Source: Eledone cirrhosa
Lineage: Eukaryota
NCBI GenBank assembly: GCA_964016885.1
Contig: OZ024741.1
Coordinates: forward strand, 377,270,001-377,334,000
DNA: 64,000 bases
Direction of reading: 5' to 3'
Below, one piece after another: positions 10,910 through 28,688 of this stretch. The notes beneath the pieces were generated by a model. The model did not search any database. It had not been told where the DNA came from and was given only the letters and a program-made list of their open reading frames with translations. Within the stretch, counting starts at the first letter, position 1. Each line of letters opens with the position of its first letter. A program made the position numbers and the translations under genes.

Positions 10910-13627
10910 ATTTCATTTATTGGTCACAAGGGCCGACATATAGGTAACAATACAAAAGACTGGGACAGTGGAGTTTTACAGAAACATCGAGTAAACAATA
11001 TGAATAACAATAACAAATTAACAATAAAATTACAACAAGAAAAAATTCCCCAATAGGGGGGATGACCACCCAGGGTTCGCTCAGGTACCCCACAAATCCT
11101 GACCGACCCGACGCTTCGAGAGCATCCTGGAAGGGCACCCCGCTCCTCCTCAAATTTACCTACCTACAGCCGCATGACCAAAGTAGGCCCACTCACACGG
11201 GCCATTCTCGCTACATTCACCCACCTTTCCACAAATATACTGGGCGGCAGCCCTTCTCTCTCCACCCTCACCTCCCTTTCCAAGTGAAACTTGGAAAGGG
11301 AGGTGAGGGATTGGCCGAAGAGAAAAGCGTCTGTCTTCAGTCCTTTCAACCTCGTCCACCATACAACCTCTTTCGCTACTGCCACCAGACAGAGGAAAAT
11401 TGCCTGCACTTCCTGACCAAAAGAAGGCGGCGGGTCGATCTTCACTATGGACTCGGCCGATAGCCGGATCCGTTCTGCACGCGACAACAGCTGTTCGACA
11501 TAACTCCACAAGTCAGTAATGCACGGACACTGGACGAGTGCGTGCAAAACGGTTACGTTGCTCTGCGCGCATCTCGGGCAGGTCCGTCTGACAGCACTTC
11601 CATGCGTGTAGAGTTTATCTCGAACCGGCAGTGCCCTCCGGTAACACTGCCAATCGAGAGATTTCTGGAAATTATCCATCGTCCCCGGCTCGAAAGTCCT
11701 CCGGAACAGACTGGTTAGTTCGACTTCGTCGAATCCCAGAGCCTCTCCGAATGCGTCATCGCACTTGCCCACCACTAATCCTCTATAGAACTCTAGAATG
11801 GAAGTTCCACTGACCGCATTGCCAGTCACCCAGTCTCGGTCTCTTCTTAACCCCGGACTGCAGCTCAGTCAAAATAACGACCTGCGGAAAGGCCCGTTTG
11901 ACAACCGGCGTCCACACCTGTTCACCGTTTAGGCAGAATATTACATTAGCCACGGCATGCCCAGCCCTCCACGTAGAGTGTGCTGGCAGGAGATGGACCG
12001 CCTCACCAGCGGAACCTAACCGCTCCACAAGCATTTGAAGAGGTGCCGCTCCAAGTGGCGAGGCGCGAACGGGGACAAGGGACGACGGTCAGACGGTAGT
12101 AGATGACGGACGCAATGTACGCGTTTGCCACCTCCGCCCTAACTTTCCAGTCCATTTATGGGTGAGACTGGCTACACTGCCCGTCACCTCATCCCAATTC
12201 GTATCCACCTGGAGGTCTGGCCCGAACCAAACCCCGAGCAACTTTACCGGTCCGTCCGTCCAGCGCCTAACGGCTTGCCTCTCCAGGTGCCGACTTGCAA
12301 GCCCACCTACTTTTCCGGGTTAAGTTTTGCTCCCGTCAACCTTTCATATTCCTCCAATAATTGCCCACCACCTCGATTTCTGAGGTGTCCGACACCATCA
12401 CGGTGATGTCGTCCGCATAAGCCCACACCGCCCTTCCGCGTCCCGGTTCGAGCGGGTTGCCCTACAACAGCTCCAGCTTCCGCAGTAAAGGCTCGAGAGT
12501 TAATACCTACAGAAGGGAGGAGAGAGGGCACCCTTGACGGACCGATAGGGAGACCTGAAACGGTTCCGAGAGGTGGCCATTTATTTTGACCACCGAGCAG
12601 GAGCCGCTGTGCATTGCAGCGATCCAGTTTCTGAAGACTGGGCCGAAGTCAGCCGCCTTGAGGACAGCCTCCAGGTACCGATGGTCGACCCTTTCGAATG
12701 CTTTCGATTGATCTAAATTGATCAGAGCCCCACCGAAGCCAGGTTTACATCCTACGCTCTCTATGATGCATCGCATTAGGTGGAGGTTTTGCAAGGAGTC
12801 ATAGCGAGATTCATAGCGAGGGCTTCTGACTTGAACAGCACCGAAATGGTGCCGTACTGTCTGCCCCTCGCTATATATTCGGTGTCTTCTCTGATGCACC
12901 TCAGCGCGACTTCGACATCAGATTGTGGGATTAAAGCTGCCCCTTTGATTTGTCCTGAGATGCATCTATAATGCACCGTTTTGCGCTGCACTACCTCAAT
13001 AGCTTCTACCGGCACAGTTAAGTTGGCCCAGGTTTGCTCTTGCTTGATGAGCTTCCATGCCTGGGCCAACTTTTCATCTTTGTTTGAGAGGTCCATGTTG
13101 AAGCATGGCCTCTTTTTTGCTGCTGCTGCCGCAGCGAAGGTGTACTTCTTGTCGTTGGGGGTGCTATTGTCGTTGTCGTTGTTCTTGTTGGTGTTGTTGT
13201 TAGCACTGTCGCTGTTATCATTGTTGTCTTTGGTGCCACCGTTGTTCTCGGTGCAGTTGGTATTGTTGCTGTTGGTGTTGTGGCTGTTTGTTTTCATGTT
13301 AGTGGAGTTGATATTGTTGTTGCATTTGTCATTTGTTTTTGTTATCTGTTTTTTCGTTGTCGCTGTTACTGTCATCTTTTTCAAAATTAGAGTTCTCATT
13401 GCTATCATTGGTGTCTTTGTTTACATTGTTTGTGTTATCAATAACTGTTAATTTCGCCGTAGCGCTCCTCTCAACTTCTACGTCGTTGTCGAACGACAGC
13501 TCCCTCTTCACAGGGCAAAGTCCAAGGGCTTGTATGCCTTACACAACAACAACACATTCAATAAATCAGTTTTGATAGGTAAATAAGTGAACTACGGGAG
13601 CGAGCAAAAAGACGTCCGTTCAGACTC
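10910..13627 (-). mobile_element. Internally deleted L1/Tx1-like LINE (5' UTR, ORF1 N-terminus, RT and C-terminal CCHC remnants, 3' UTR)
   Basis: ORF1 part (DKDEKLAQAWKLIK) is homologous to ORF 50352-51245. RT motifs LDQSKAFERVDH, VRQGCPLS and AYADDITV (~12401-12423); C-terminal CPRC..HALVQC. (AAT)n on both flanks. Confidence 0.9.
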
Positions 13628-13643
13628 AATAATAATAATAATA

Positions 13644-13831
13644 ATAGTTTCTACTTTTGACACAAGGCCAGCAATTATCCAGTGTATTACTGGTACTTTA
13701 TTTTATCGACCCCGTAAGTATGAAAAGCAAAGTTACCTCGGCGGGATTTGAACTCAGAATGGCAAGGGCCGAAACTCTATGCTTCAAATCATGGCGTCCG
13801 ACCCTCTACCGATACTGCAAATCCACTGCCA
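13644..13831 (-). mobile_element. tRNA-derived SINE (Meta-like core)
   Basis: Homologous to 10708-10897; flanked by (AAT)n. Confidence 0.88.
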
Positions 13832-13836
13832 ATAAT

Positions 13837-13873
<37 letters not shown>

Positions 13874-13896
13874 TATTATTATTATTATTATTATTA

Positions 13897-14025
13897 TTAT
13901 TTCTACTTTTGGCCGGCAATTATCCAATTGCATTACTCGTACGTTATTTTATCGACCTCGTATGGATGAAAGGCAAAGTGAACATCGGCGGGATTTGAAC
14001 TCAGACCATAAGGGGCCGTAACTCT
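13897..14025 (-). mobile_element. tRNA-derived SINE, partial
   Basis: ttatcgacctcgtatggatgaaaggcaaagtgaacatcggcgggatttgaactcaga is a diverged core. Confidence 0.8.
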
Positions 14026-14032
14026 AACATTC

Positions 14033-16195
14033 CTTCATTTATTGGACACAAGGGCCGACATATAGGGGACAATAGATTGGACGGGGACAGTGGACTTTTT
14101 ACATACAATTCGAGTAAACAAGAAAGATACAAACAACAGATTTCCCACTAGGAAGGATAACCTGACATGGTCGACTCAGGTACCCAACAAATCCCGAAAC
14201 ACCTGACGCTTCGAGCGCACTCGTGATAGGTACCCCTCTCCTCCTCAAATTAGCCTAAATGTGCATGCTCATTCACACGGACCATCTCTCTCCACACTCA
14301 CCTTCCGTTTCAATTGAAACTTGAAAAAGGTAAGGTGGAAATAGCACAAGATAAAAGTGTTTGTATTCAGTCCTTCACTTTGGTCCATCAAACAACCTCT
14401 TTCGATACAGCAATCAGACAGGGAATTATTGTCTGTCCTCCCGGCCAAAAGAAGGCACTTGTCTATCTTCACTATGGGTTTGGGCTATTGCCAGATCCGC
14501 TCTACACGAAGCAGCAGCTGTTCAACATAACTCTACAAGACAGCAATGCACGGACACTGGACGAGTGCGTGCAGAACGGTTTCGTCACTCTCCGCACATC
14601 TCGGGCAGGTCCGTCTGACAGCTCTGCCAGTCAAGGTATTTCTGGAAGATGACCATAGTTTGCGGTAAGAATCTCCAGAACAGACTGGTCAGTGTGTTTG
14701 GTCAACGCCCAGGAGTGCGTCGTTGCTTTTGACAACCACTAATCATCTATAGAACACGAGGCTGGAAGTTCCACCGACCGTATTACCCGCCTCGTAAAGG
14801 GGAGTGAAGGTCTGTCAAAATTCCAGATGCCAGGCTCCGTCTCAGATTTTTCTTGACCGGAGTTTACAGCTGTCAAAGAAACGAGTTGCGCGATGGCCTG
14901 TCTCACAAAGCGTGATCTTATAAGGCGGAATATCCAGAGCCACAGCCTCAGCCTCAGCACATTTTTGCGCATCATTAGCCATGGCATGCCTAGGGCTCCT
15001 AGTAGAGAGTGTCTGGCAGCAGATGGAAGGTTAACCATCTGACGTATTCGAAACCATCATTGTTATGTCGTCCGCATAAGAAGACACAGCCTTTCCACAT
15101 CAGGACGCCCTGTAGCTACTCCAGCTTCCAAAGTAATGGCTTGACAGTTAATATGTACAGAAAGGAGGTGAGAAAGTACCCTTGACGGACCGATCAGGAG
15201 ATCTGAAATGATTCCGAAAGATGGCCATTAACTTTGACCACCGATCAGATACCGCTACTCATTGCACCAACCCACCCTCTGAAGAGGAGACCGAAGCCAG
15301 CTGCCTCGAGGACTGCCTCCAGGTACCGATGGTGGACCATATCTAAAGCTGTGTTTTACAGATTTATGGGGCTGAAGTAATCTAATCTATCGCACTTGTT
15401 CTCGTGTTGCCTTATCATCGTCACTACGGTCTAGCCGAGAGAACTGGGAATACTCCCGTTGCGATGCTAGTTGCAGTAGAGTGCTTCAAGGAGTCCAGAG
15501 AACACGTTTAGCATACCTACTTAAAGCTCGTAGGGCGGACCATCCAAACCGGGTGAGTTGCCCTCTGTGAAGCAGAGTCGGACATCCCGAATCTCGACGG
15601 AAGTTATCACCCTTACACATTATCAGGTATCTGCTGCTGGCAGACACTGTAAGGCATCGAGGTACGAACTGAAATCCCCTACCGTATGTAACCATCCATT
15701 GTCACCGGAAAGCAGAGTAACAGGCTGGGGAAACTACTCACGTATCTTCCTGGACAGATATGTGAGGACTTTCCCCAGAATTGGTGTTTTGTTACCACGC
15801 AAGCGTATCAAACATATTTCCCTCCCTGCCTTCTTAGAGCTCGCGCCTTAGCTCTGACAATGCAACGTTCGTGTTTCTCATTTAAGAAACGATCTAATGC
15901 CATTATCGCCGCTAGCATTTTAGTTGCAATGTCACTGCAAATCGTCTTGTTTAATTTAGTTCCCAGCTGCCCCTATTTTCTATTTCTGTCTAACACAACT
16001 TCTTTACTAAAACCTCTCGAGATTAATATCTCTCTTTTGAGAGAACCCGCCACCTGTTGTTGACGACACCACTACTGTCAACCTTTGCTTAACTAAGTTG
16101 TTGAACAGTTCTCTGGAGGCTTCAGGTGTCGGAAACGACATTTTCAGTTCCAGCAACGAGCAAATAACCTGTGTGTCGTATCTAGACCGACCTTA
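14033..16195 (-). mobile_element. Heavily decayed L1/Tx1-like ORF2 fragment with 3' UTR
   Basis: Minus strand gives GALGMPWLMMRKNVLRLR and SYADDIT (~15060-15082), plus the family 3' end cccttgtgtccaataaatgaa. Many deletions and stops. Confidence 0.85.
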
Positions 16196-16610
16196 CATAT
16201 CACAAACACACTCTCTCTCTCTCTCTCTCTCTCTCCCTCTCTCCCGCCTCTTTCTCTCTTTGTCTCTCTCTCTCTCTCTTTCTCTGTCTCCACATATTTA
16301 TAAGGCACCCACCCTTGCGTATGCTTTTTCAATTGTGATTAAAGCCTAATAAAATTTTCTAATATATATGGCATATATATATCCCAGACTTTTGTTCCCC
16401 AATATAATATGTCACAGAGATAATAATTGACATCTTATTAATGGCAAATTATATTGGCGGATGTGCGCACAAATTCAATATTACATATAATTCAATAATG
16501 CATAATGCCTTGGTAATACCAAATATGTATTAAAGGATACCTTTTTTACAAGTACCCATGGCTATGAATGTCAAACAACGGACTTTCTAGCTAGAGCGAA
16601 AGAACAAGTG

Positions 16611-16670
16611 TCTAGTAAATTCTAGATTCTAGTAAATTCTAGATTCTAGTAAATTCAAGAGTCTAGTAAA
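16611..16670. repeat. Short tandem repeat, 17-bp unit (tctagtaaattctagat) x ~3.5
   Basis: Directly visible. Confidence 0.85.
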
Positions 16671-16906
16671 CACCTTTATTGCCGAATAATTATCTTAGAA
16701 ATGTTTGTCTAATGACGAGTTTCTGTTAATTAACTATATTGAAATAATCAACGTTCAAAATGTTCTTTGTAAATTCTATACCAAAGAAATTGTCGATCCC
16801 TTACTTCCGTTCATGAATACTTATCTCCTTAATTCATTTATTTTATTTTCTGGTGAAATATTAGGGATAATTTACTCCGAAACCTGACAGTGTGATATAT
16901 TATATA

Positions 16907-17095
16907 ATTGTTTCTACTTTAGGCACAAGGCCAGTAATTACTCCAGTGTATTACTGGTATTTTATGTTATCGACCCCGTAAGGATGAAAGGCAAAGTTAA
17001 CCTCGGCGGGATTTGAACTCAGAATGGCAAGGGTCGTAATTATATGCGTCAAAGCATGGCGCCCAACCCTCTACCGATACTGCCAATCCACCGGC
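16907..17095 (-). mobile_element. tRNA-derived SINE (Meta-like core)
   Basis: Homologous to 10708-10897. Confidence 0.88.
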
Positions 17096-18081
17096 ATATG
17101 ATATAATGAACACAAGAAAAGTTTTGTGTATTTGTAAGATGATAATTGTATATTTTTGAAATTAGTAAAGAGAATATGTTGACGAACCTACCACAGATTC
17201 CGTCCAAATTACTAACCGCCATTTTGTTTCCTGCAATCTTCTGATACAAATAACCAAAGACCCCTGAAAAGAACAACGCATACTACTAACCTGAAACATT
17301 TCTCTCGGAGCAGAAGATATATGCAGTTTTCCAGGGGCAAATATCTACTCCCTACATCGTGTTGGTAAGAAGTAGGGTGCATTCCGAGCAGAGACATCTC
17401 CCTCCTCGAAAATCGGCTGAGAACAATTATTACTGAATCATTTGTCAGAAGTGGGAAACATGTCGCCAATTCATTGTATTATTACATTGCACGGTTATTA
17501 TATCACTGCACGGTTATAGGTTTTGTGAACACTGACCTGAAGAGCAAACAAGCTAGTTTTGTAAGGTTCACGATAAGTTTTCATACAAACATTAGACCAT
17601 TTTTTGAATTAGCTTTGATAAAAATTTATAAGCATGCATTATAACATTATCTGTATAATAGTACTACACTATAATACGAAAACAGGTAGACTATTAGTGA
17701 ATATAAATTTCGGAATTTGCATTGTCTAATTTACGATTGAGCCTAAATAAGTTCAACATTATACCATATCATATTGAATGATTAATAACATTATTAGCAA
17801 CAATTCTCCTTATTTCAGACTTTATAGTATACTTTCAGCAACATATTTCGGATGTTTCTAGCAAGCTCAGTAACTAGGCAGATGGTATTTCATACATTCA
17901 TAACATTGCGTCACATGCTGTATATAATGAAAGTTTCCTAATTATTGAAATGTATAAGTGAAAATGTATAATATAACATGTATATGTAAATTTCAACCGA
18001 AAATCAATCTTTGTAGATATATTTATTAATTTATAATTATTTCATTGTTTTCTCATTGTTTGTCTCACTCTGTCGTCCTAC

Positions 18082-18103
18082 CTATATATATATATATATA
18101 TAT

Positions 18104-18195
<92 letters not shown>
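18082..18195. repeat. (TA)n(GA)n microsatellite
   Basis: Directly visible. Confidence 0.95.
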
Positions 18196-18199
<4 letters not shown>

Positions 18200-18390
18200 G
18201 GTGCTCTGAAATAGCGATATATGAATGTATATATAGTGTATTTTGCAATACACTATATGCTTAATTAAAAGCATTTCGAAGACCTTACGCTATTGTTTTA
18301 GAGTAGTGACAGTCTCACTTACTTTATTTTCAGAAAACAGGGGAGATAAAGCTGACAAAGCTCTGTTTCGCACTTTTCGGCGGAGTAGTT

Positions 18391-18435
18391 ACCTTTGATA
18401 AGCACCAAACAGTGCGAAACAGAGCTCTGTCAGCT
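18391..18435 (+). ncRNA. Type I hammerhead ribozyme, U3-A8 variant (copy 1)
   Basis: acct-TTGATAA-GCAC-caaaca-GTGC-GAAAC-agagctct-GTC-agct; one mismatch in stem I. Confidence 0.75.
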
Positions 18436-18684
18436 TTATCTCCCCTGTTTGCTGAAAATTAAAGTAATTGAGACTGTCGATAATCTAAAACATAGCGTAA
18501 TCTCTTCGAAATGCTTTTAATTAAGCATACAGTGTATTGCAAAATACACTATATATACATTCATATATATATCGCTATTTCAGAGCACCAATTCTAATTT
18601 TCAATTTCTGCTTGACCGGCAACCGCTCTGTATAATCAGTTCCTGATTATTCCTAAAATTCTATAAGAATCAAACATTCCTGAT

Positions 18685-18775
18685 TTTCAGCAAACAGGCG
18701 GAGTAGTTAGCTTTGATAAGCACCACAAAGTGCGAAACAGAGCTCTGTCAGCTTTATCTCCCCTGTTTGCTGAAA
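18685..18775 (+). ncRNA. Type I hammerhead ribozyme, U3-A8 variant with extended stem I (copy 2)
   Basis: tttcagcaaacagg..AGCT-TTGATAA(18713)-GCAC-cacaaa-GTGC-GAAAC-agagctct-GTC(18747-18749)-AGCT..cctgtttgctgaaa. Confidence 0.85.
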
Positions 18776-18887
18776 ATTAAATTAAGTGTGACTGTAACTA
18801 CTGTAAAACAATAGCGTAAGGTCTTCGAAATGCTTTTAATTAAGCATACAGTGTATTGCAAAATACACTATATATACATTCATATAT

Positions 18888-18918
<31 letters not shown>

Positions 18919-21900
18919 CTTGTACATATACACACACACATGTGTGTGTTAGTGTGTGAGTGAGTTTTTTGTTGTTAGTTATATGGATTTGAAATAACTA
19001 CCAATTGATAATTATGCAAAATAGTTTTTTATTGGTTTGTTTTGTGTCCAAAAGCATTTACTAATTATGAGAAAATAGATTTAAAATCAATAATATATTT
19101 TTTTTGAATTGATATTCACCTTCAATTTCTTCTATTTCATATTTGTTATATTAATATTAATTATAAGTCTAAAATTGTTGAGTAAGTTTTGTTTATATTG
19201 CAACAATTCCCATGTTGAAAAAGTTCCTGAGACTTGATAAATAATCCTACTTGAAATATTAATTTCATATTTCAATTTACGTTGAGTTGAAAATTTAATT
19301 GCTTGTATATTTATAATGATATATTATTGAAAAGTTATCTGAAGACCGAGTCATGTGTTTAAAAACGATTTCAATTCTACGTGTACCCTATGGAAGTAAC
19401 TTAACATTTAATTTATGTGGACTCAATGCATTACATACGCGATAAATACTGGACTCGATTTAATTTCCAGCTATAGTTATTATTTACGTTGATATTGTAT
19501 ATCTACACGTCTGTAACCACTAAGAACAAGGTCTTAATTATTTAAGATATTTATTGAAGCGAAAAATAGAGGCGTAGATGGAGACTTCTTGCAATTATTA
19601 TGAAGGCTAAGCGTAAGTGAAATATATGCTGTGCAGATATCTCTAAAAATAAAATAGAAATAGAAATCCCATCCGATTTATATTTTTAGAATAAGAAAAC
19701 GAAACATTCAAACTTTCTATTCGTTTCTATCTCATTAGTTAATTGCGATTAGTCACCGTATTGTTCTTCTGTAATTTGCTATATTGTAAATTGAACATCA
19801 AACGATCAAAATGCACATGGCTGTTAACAAAAAATATATGTTACAAAATAACGTGTTGCCAAAACTATTGTATGATAATTCATTTACTTTAATAAAATTT
19901 CATTTTGAAAAGAAACATTCAATGAAATATACTTCGATAAAAAGACATGCCACAGTGTCAGAGTGTTGTTTAAACCCATTTTCCATGCATTTGGATATTC
20001 CTGGCGTATATTTCAGTATATAAGCAGCTTCATATCGTTTTATGGAAATAACATTAAACACATTTAAAAAAGCAATATTTAAATGTATTAGCTATTGTTA
20101 AATTTGACAACCCTTTTTGTCTTATATATTTTCTCACCCCTAAGTCTAATTATATCAGATTATATGGGTGTGATACGTCCCAATTACATGCTAGAGAGAA
20201 TATGCAAAATAGAAGGACCATACTGTTCACGTCACAAATAAGTTTTCTAAATTTCTCATGTGAAATTAAGAAACGTGCATCGAAATACTGGGCACGTGAA
20301 AATGCCAAATATGTTTGCTACTTTTCATGCACAAAATCAACATAATACCGAAACTGTTACCATATGTGGAACTGAGATTCGGAGAGAAAACTTTCGTCGT
20401 AGTCGCACAGTTACCGAATACTACCCTAAATTTAAGTTGTCTCACTAGAGACGGCATTCGATGAAGGTATATGAATTAAGAATCTAGAATATTGGAACCT
20501 TTTATTCCGTTGAATCCTTCTCCCACTTCAGTCCGCTTCAGGTCTAAGAAGAAATCACTAATCTCTACCGTATAGTAGTAGATTTTGGTGACATCTAATA
20601 TCTTCACATTCTACTGATGAAGGAAAATGTGTCTTACACTTGATCACTGCTCTATTGAAATGCCACTTCTACGACGTCGCAATGCTTCCCCCGTGCACGT
20701 ATGTGGACATTTATCCCAAGCCAATTACACTCGCGTTAGGGAGACAAATGATATTTGCTCATCTCATCAAAATCCTTAACGATGTCTGAAGACACCTGGA
20801 TGAAGTTGACAGCGAATCAAGAATTGAATTTATAAGCCAAGAACAACGTCCTGCTTAAGTCTGTATCGTGTTAGACGACAGTCCTTGAAGTCAGCATCTT
20901 CATACTCCTAGGTTACACATGGGTTTGAACAAGTAAAAGACATTTTATACCAACAAACATGAGGTTATTGTGAGTTTCTGTCATACATATGAGGAACGTC
21001 GATATTGACACTTTTCCTGTGAGTCATCAAGCATGCAATCTCTGTTGGCTACAATATTGCATCTACTGCTGATATACAAAATATGCGCCCATCGGCCCAT
21101 CTTTTTGCCTTTCGCATTGATGATGGCGGACAATGTATTCTTTACCGTTCATCGTTTGGCACATAGGTAGTATTAAATGCGACAAATAAGTATATGATGA
21201 AAGTTAATTCGTGTTGTTGTATTAAAAAAATTGGCCTACGTTGATTGAGATTAGACATGACTCATTGTACGATAGTAACAGACATGGCTGTGGGATTTCT
21301 TAAGAAAGCCATTCGAGACAGTTTGCCTGCCATATGAGAGGAGCTGGAATGAATGATACACTAATTACGCCCGTAAATAACATATTGTTCTCTTCTTTTG
21401 TTGAGAATCCCTTTACCATTCCTAAGTTGCCTGTTTCATTGACCACCTCAACATCATTTCTCCCTTTTGGATATTTCAACGAAATTGCAAGTATCATTTA
21501 ATCATGTTTATAATACACTTGCACATTCTCTCTTGCAGACACTGGTATAAAGTGAATCTTTCCCTGGGGTTCGTCACATTTGGCCTTATTACAAATGCAA
21601 ACCCACTTTCCTATATCGTCTTCAGCCGTGATTTCGATCAAGTCTGATTTGACCAGAAGTATAGACGGCTCAGATTATCTAGGTTTTCTACTGGATGCAG
21701 CCAATTATCACGGACAATATCAAACGTATTTCATACACCACCGTTTAACCTGTATTCAAACATTTTCGAGACTCAAATAAAAAATAACCTTCATCAATTG
21801 GAACGAACATGTACGCATACGAAATGTTCTGAACCCTGAACTTTGTGGTTTTAAGCCTTTTCAATTTCATTCGGGATTATAGCCAGGGGACTCGCCCTAC

Positions 21901-22365
21901 GGTTGCAATCTCGCTATTCCCTGTCTCGGGTGTTTTCTCAGTCCCGCTACTCTAACTATATTTTGTACACCTCTCACCAGTTAGCACTGTTACAATTGTG
22001 TAATAACGCCATGCCTTTCGTACACAATTATCACAGGCGATGTTGAGGTGATATGCATTTTGATTTCCATATTTCCAATTGCACTCACGAAATCTGTTGT
22101 TTAGTAGAGGCTGTTGAGTTCTGTTTTGGATTTATTTTCTTTGTTTTTTTCTCTGTATATGAAATGAACAAAACGGAGACAAATTCCATTGTTATTCTCT
22201 GTTATCAATATGTAAAACATATTTTCATATCTCGGGGGTAAAACCGTTCTTATCTGAAATAATCATTTCTCTTTATAATATCCCTTCCCTGAACTAATAT
22301 TATTTACATTAATTGCATACATTAAAATATAATAGTGTGAATATGTTGAATTTTCTGTCAATTTA

Positions 22366-22777
22366 TCACTACTCTAAAAAACAATAGCTTATGGTCTTCA
22401 AAATGCTTTTAATTAAGCATAAAGTGTATTGCAAAATACATTATATATACATCCATATATATATTGCTATTTCAGAGCTCCAATTCTAATTTTTAATTTC
22501 TGCCTGACCAACAACCGTTCTGCATAATCGGCTCCTGATTATTTACTAGAATTCTATAAGAATATAACATCAGTCATCTCGGTAGACAGGTGGGAGTAGT
22601 TAGTCTTGATAAGCTTCAACAAAAGCGAAACAAGGCCTTGTCGGCTTATCTCCCCTGTTTGCTGAGATCAAAGTAAGTGAATTTGTCACTACTCTAAAAA
22701 ACAATAGCTTACGGTCTTCAAAATGCTTTTAATTAAGCATAAAGTGTATTGCAAAATACATTATATATACATCCATA
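22366..22777 (+). mobile_element. Second locus of the retrozyme-like family (~1.3 copies of a 320-nt unit)
   Basis: Direct repeat tcactactctaaaaaacaatagc...catccatata at 22366 and 22686 (period 320). Homologous to 18380-18887 and ends in (TA)n. Confidence 0.8.
22576..22668 (+). ncRNA. Type I hammerhead ribozyme, U3-A8 variant (covaried copy 3)
   Basis: atctcggtagacagg..AGTC-TTGATAA(22606)-GCTT-caacaa-AAGC-GAAAC-aaggcctt-GTC(22640-22642)-GGCT..cctgtttgctgagat. Confidence 0.85.
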
Positions 22778-22789
22778 TAAATGTATGTT

Positions 22790-28072
<5,283 letters not shown>

Positions 28073-28283
28073 ATATACACATATATATATATATATATAT
28101 ATTAGTAAAAGGAAAAGAAAATGCTGACAAATTGTTCCCAGTGAAAAATAGTTTAATTAGGAATAAGTAAAATTTAGTAATAAGTATTGGTTAGTATTCA
28201 GTTTTAGTTTTAAGTTTTTACCGGTTGCGCATTTCTAATGCTTTTCAAAAATAATTTTGATATAGAGCGCCCGTGATGTTTGT

Positions 28284-28286
<3 letters not shown>

Positions 28287-28378
<92 letters not shown>

Positions 28379-28399
28379 TATATATATATATATACATAA

Positions 28400-28432
<33 letters not shown>

Positions 28433-28452
28433 CATATATATATGTTTATATC

Positions 28453-28505
<53 letters not shown>
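28287..28505. repeat. (TA)n microsatellite
   Basis: Directly visible. Confidence 0.95.
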
Positions 28506-28509
<4 letters not shown>

Positions 28510-28688
28510 GTTTGGAGTTAGAAGACCAGAACAATGCAGGTATAAGTGCGGTGGCGTTGTAATATATTTTATAAAATGCTAGTTCTAAGTAACATTATGG
28601 TATAACCACAAATAGTTAATGAAACAAACTACTGTTGAAAACCATAACAAATATACATTAGACAGACGATCGACTTTCGTCAAATCGG
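28506..28688 (+). repeat. ~185-bp direct repeat, copy 2
   Basis: Matches 23013-23195. Confidence 0.9.

Larger units (their letters stand above)
18194..18887 (+). mobile_element. Retrozyme-like non-coding element: ~1.6 tandem copies of a 318-nt hammerhead unit preceded by an inverted partial copy
   Basis: Hammerhead cores at 18395 and 18713 (period 318). 18194-18376 is the reverse complement of ~18410-18595. Bounded by (GA)n and (TA)n. Confidence 0.8.

Noticed and set aside
2991-17095. Recurrent ~190-bp repeats considered as tRNA genes or a CRISPR-like array
   Set aside because: Dispersed, irregularly spaced, truncated copies with tails and no full cloverleaf: these are SINEs. The context is eukaryotic with no cas genes.
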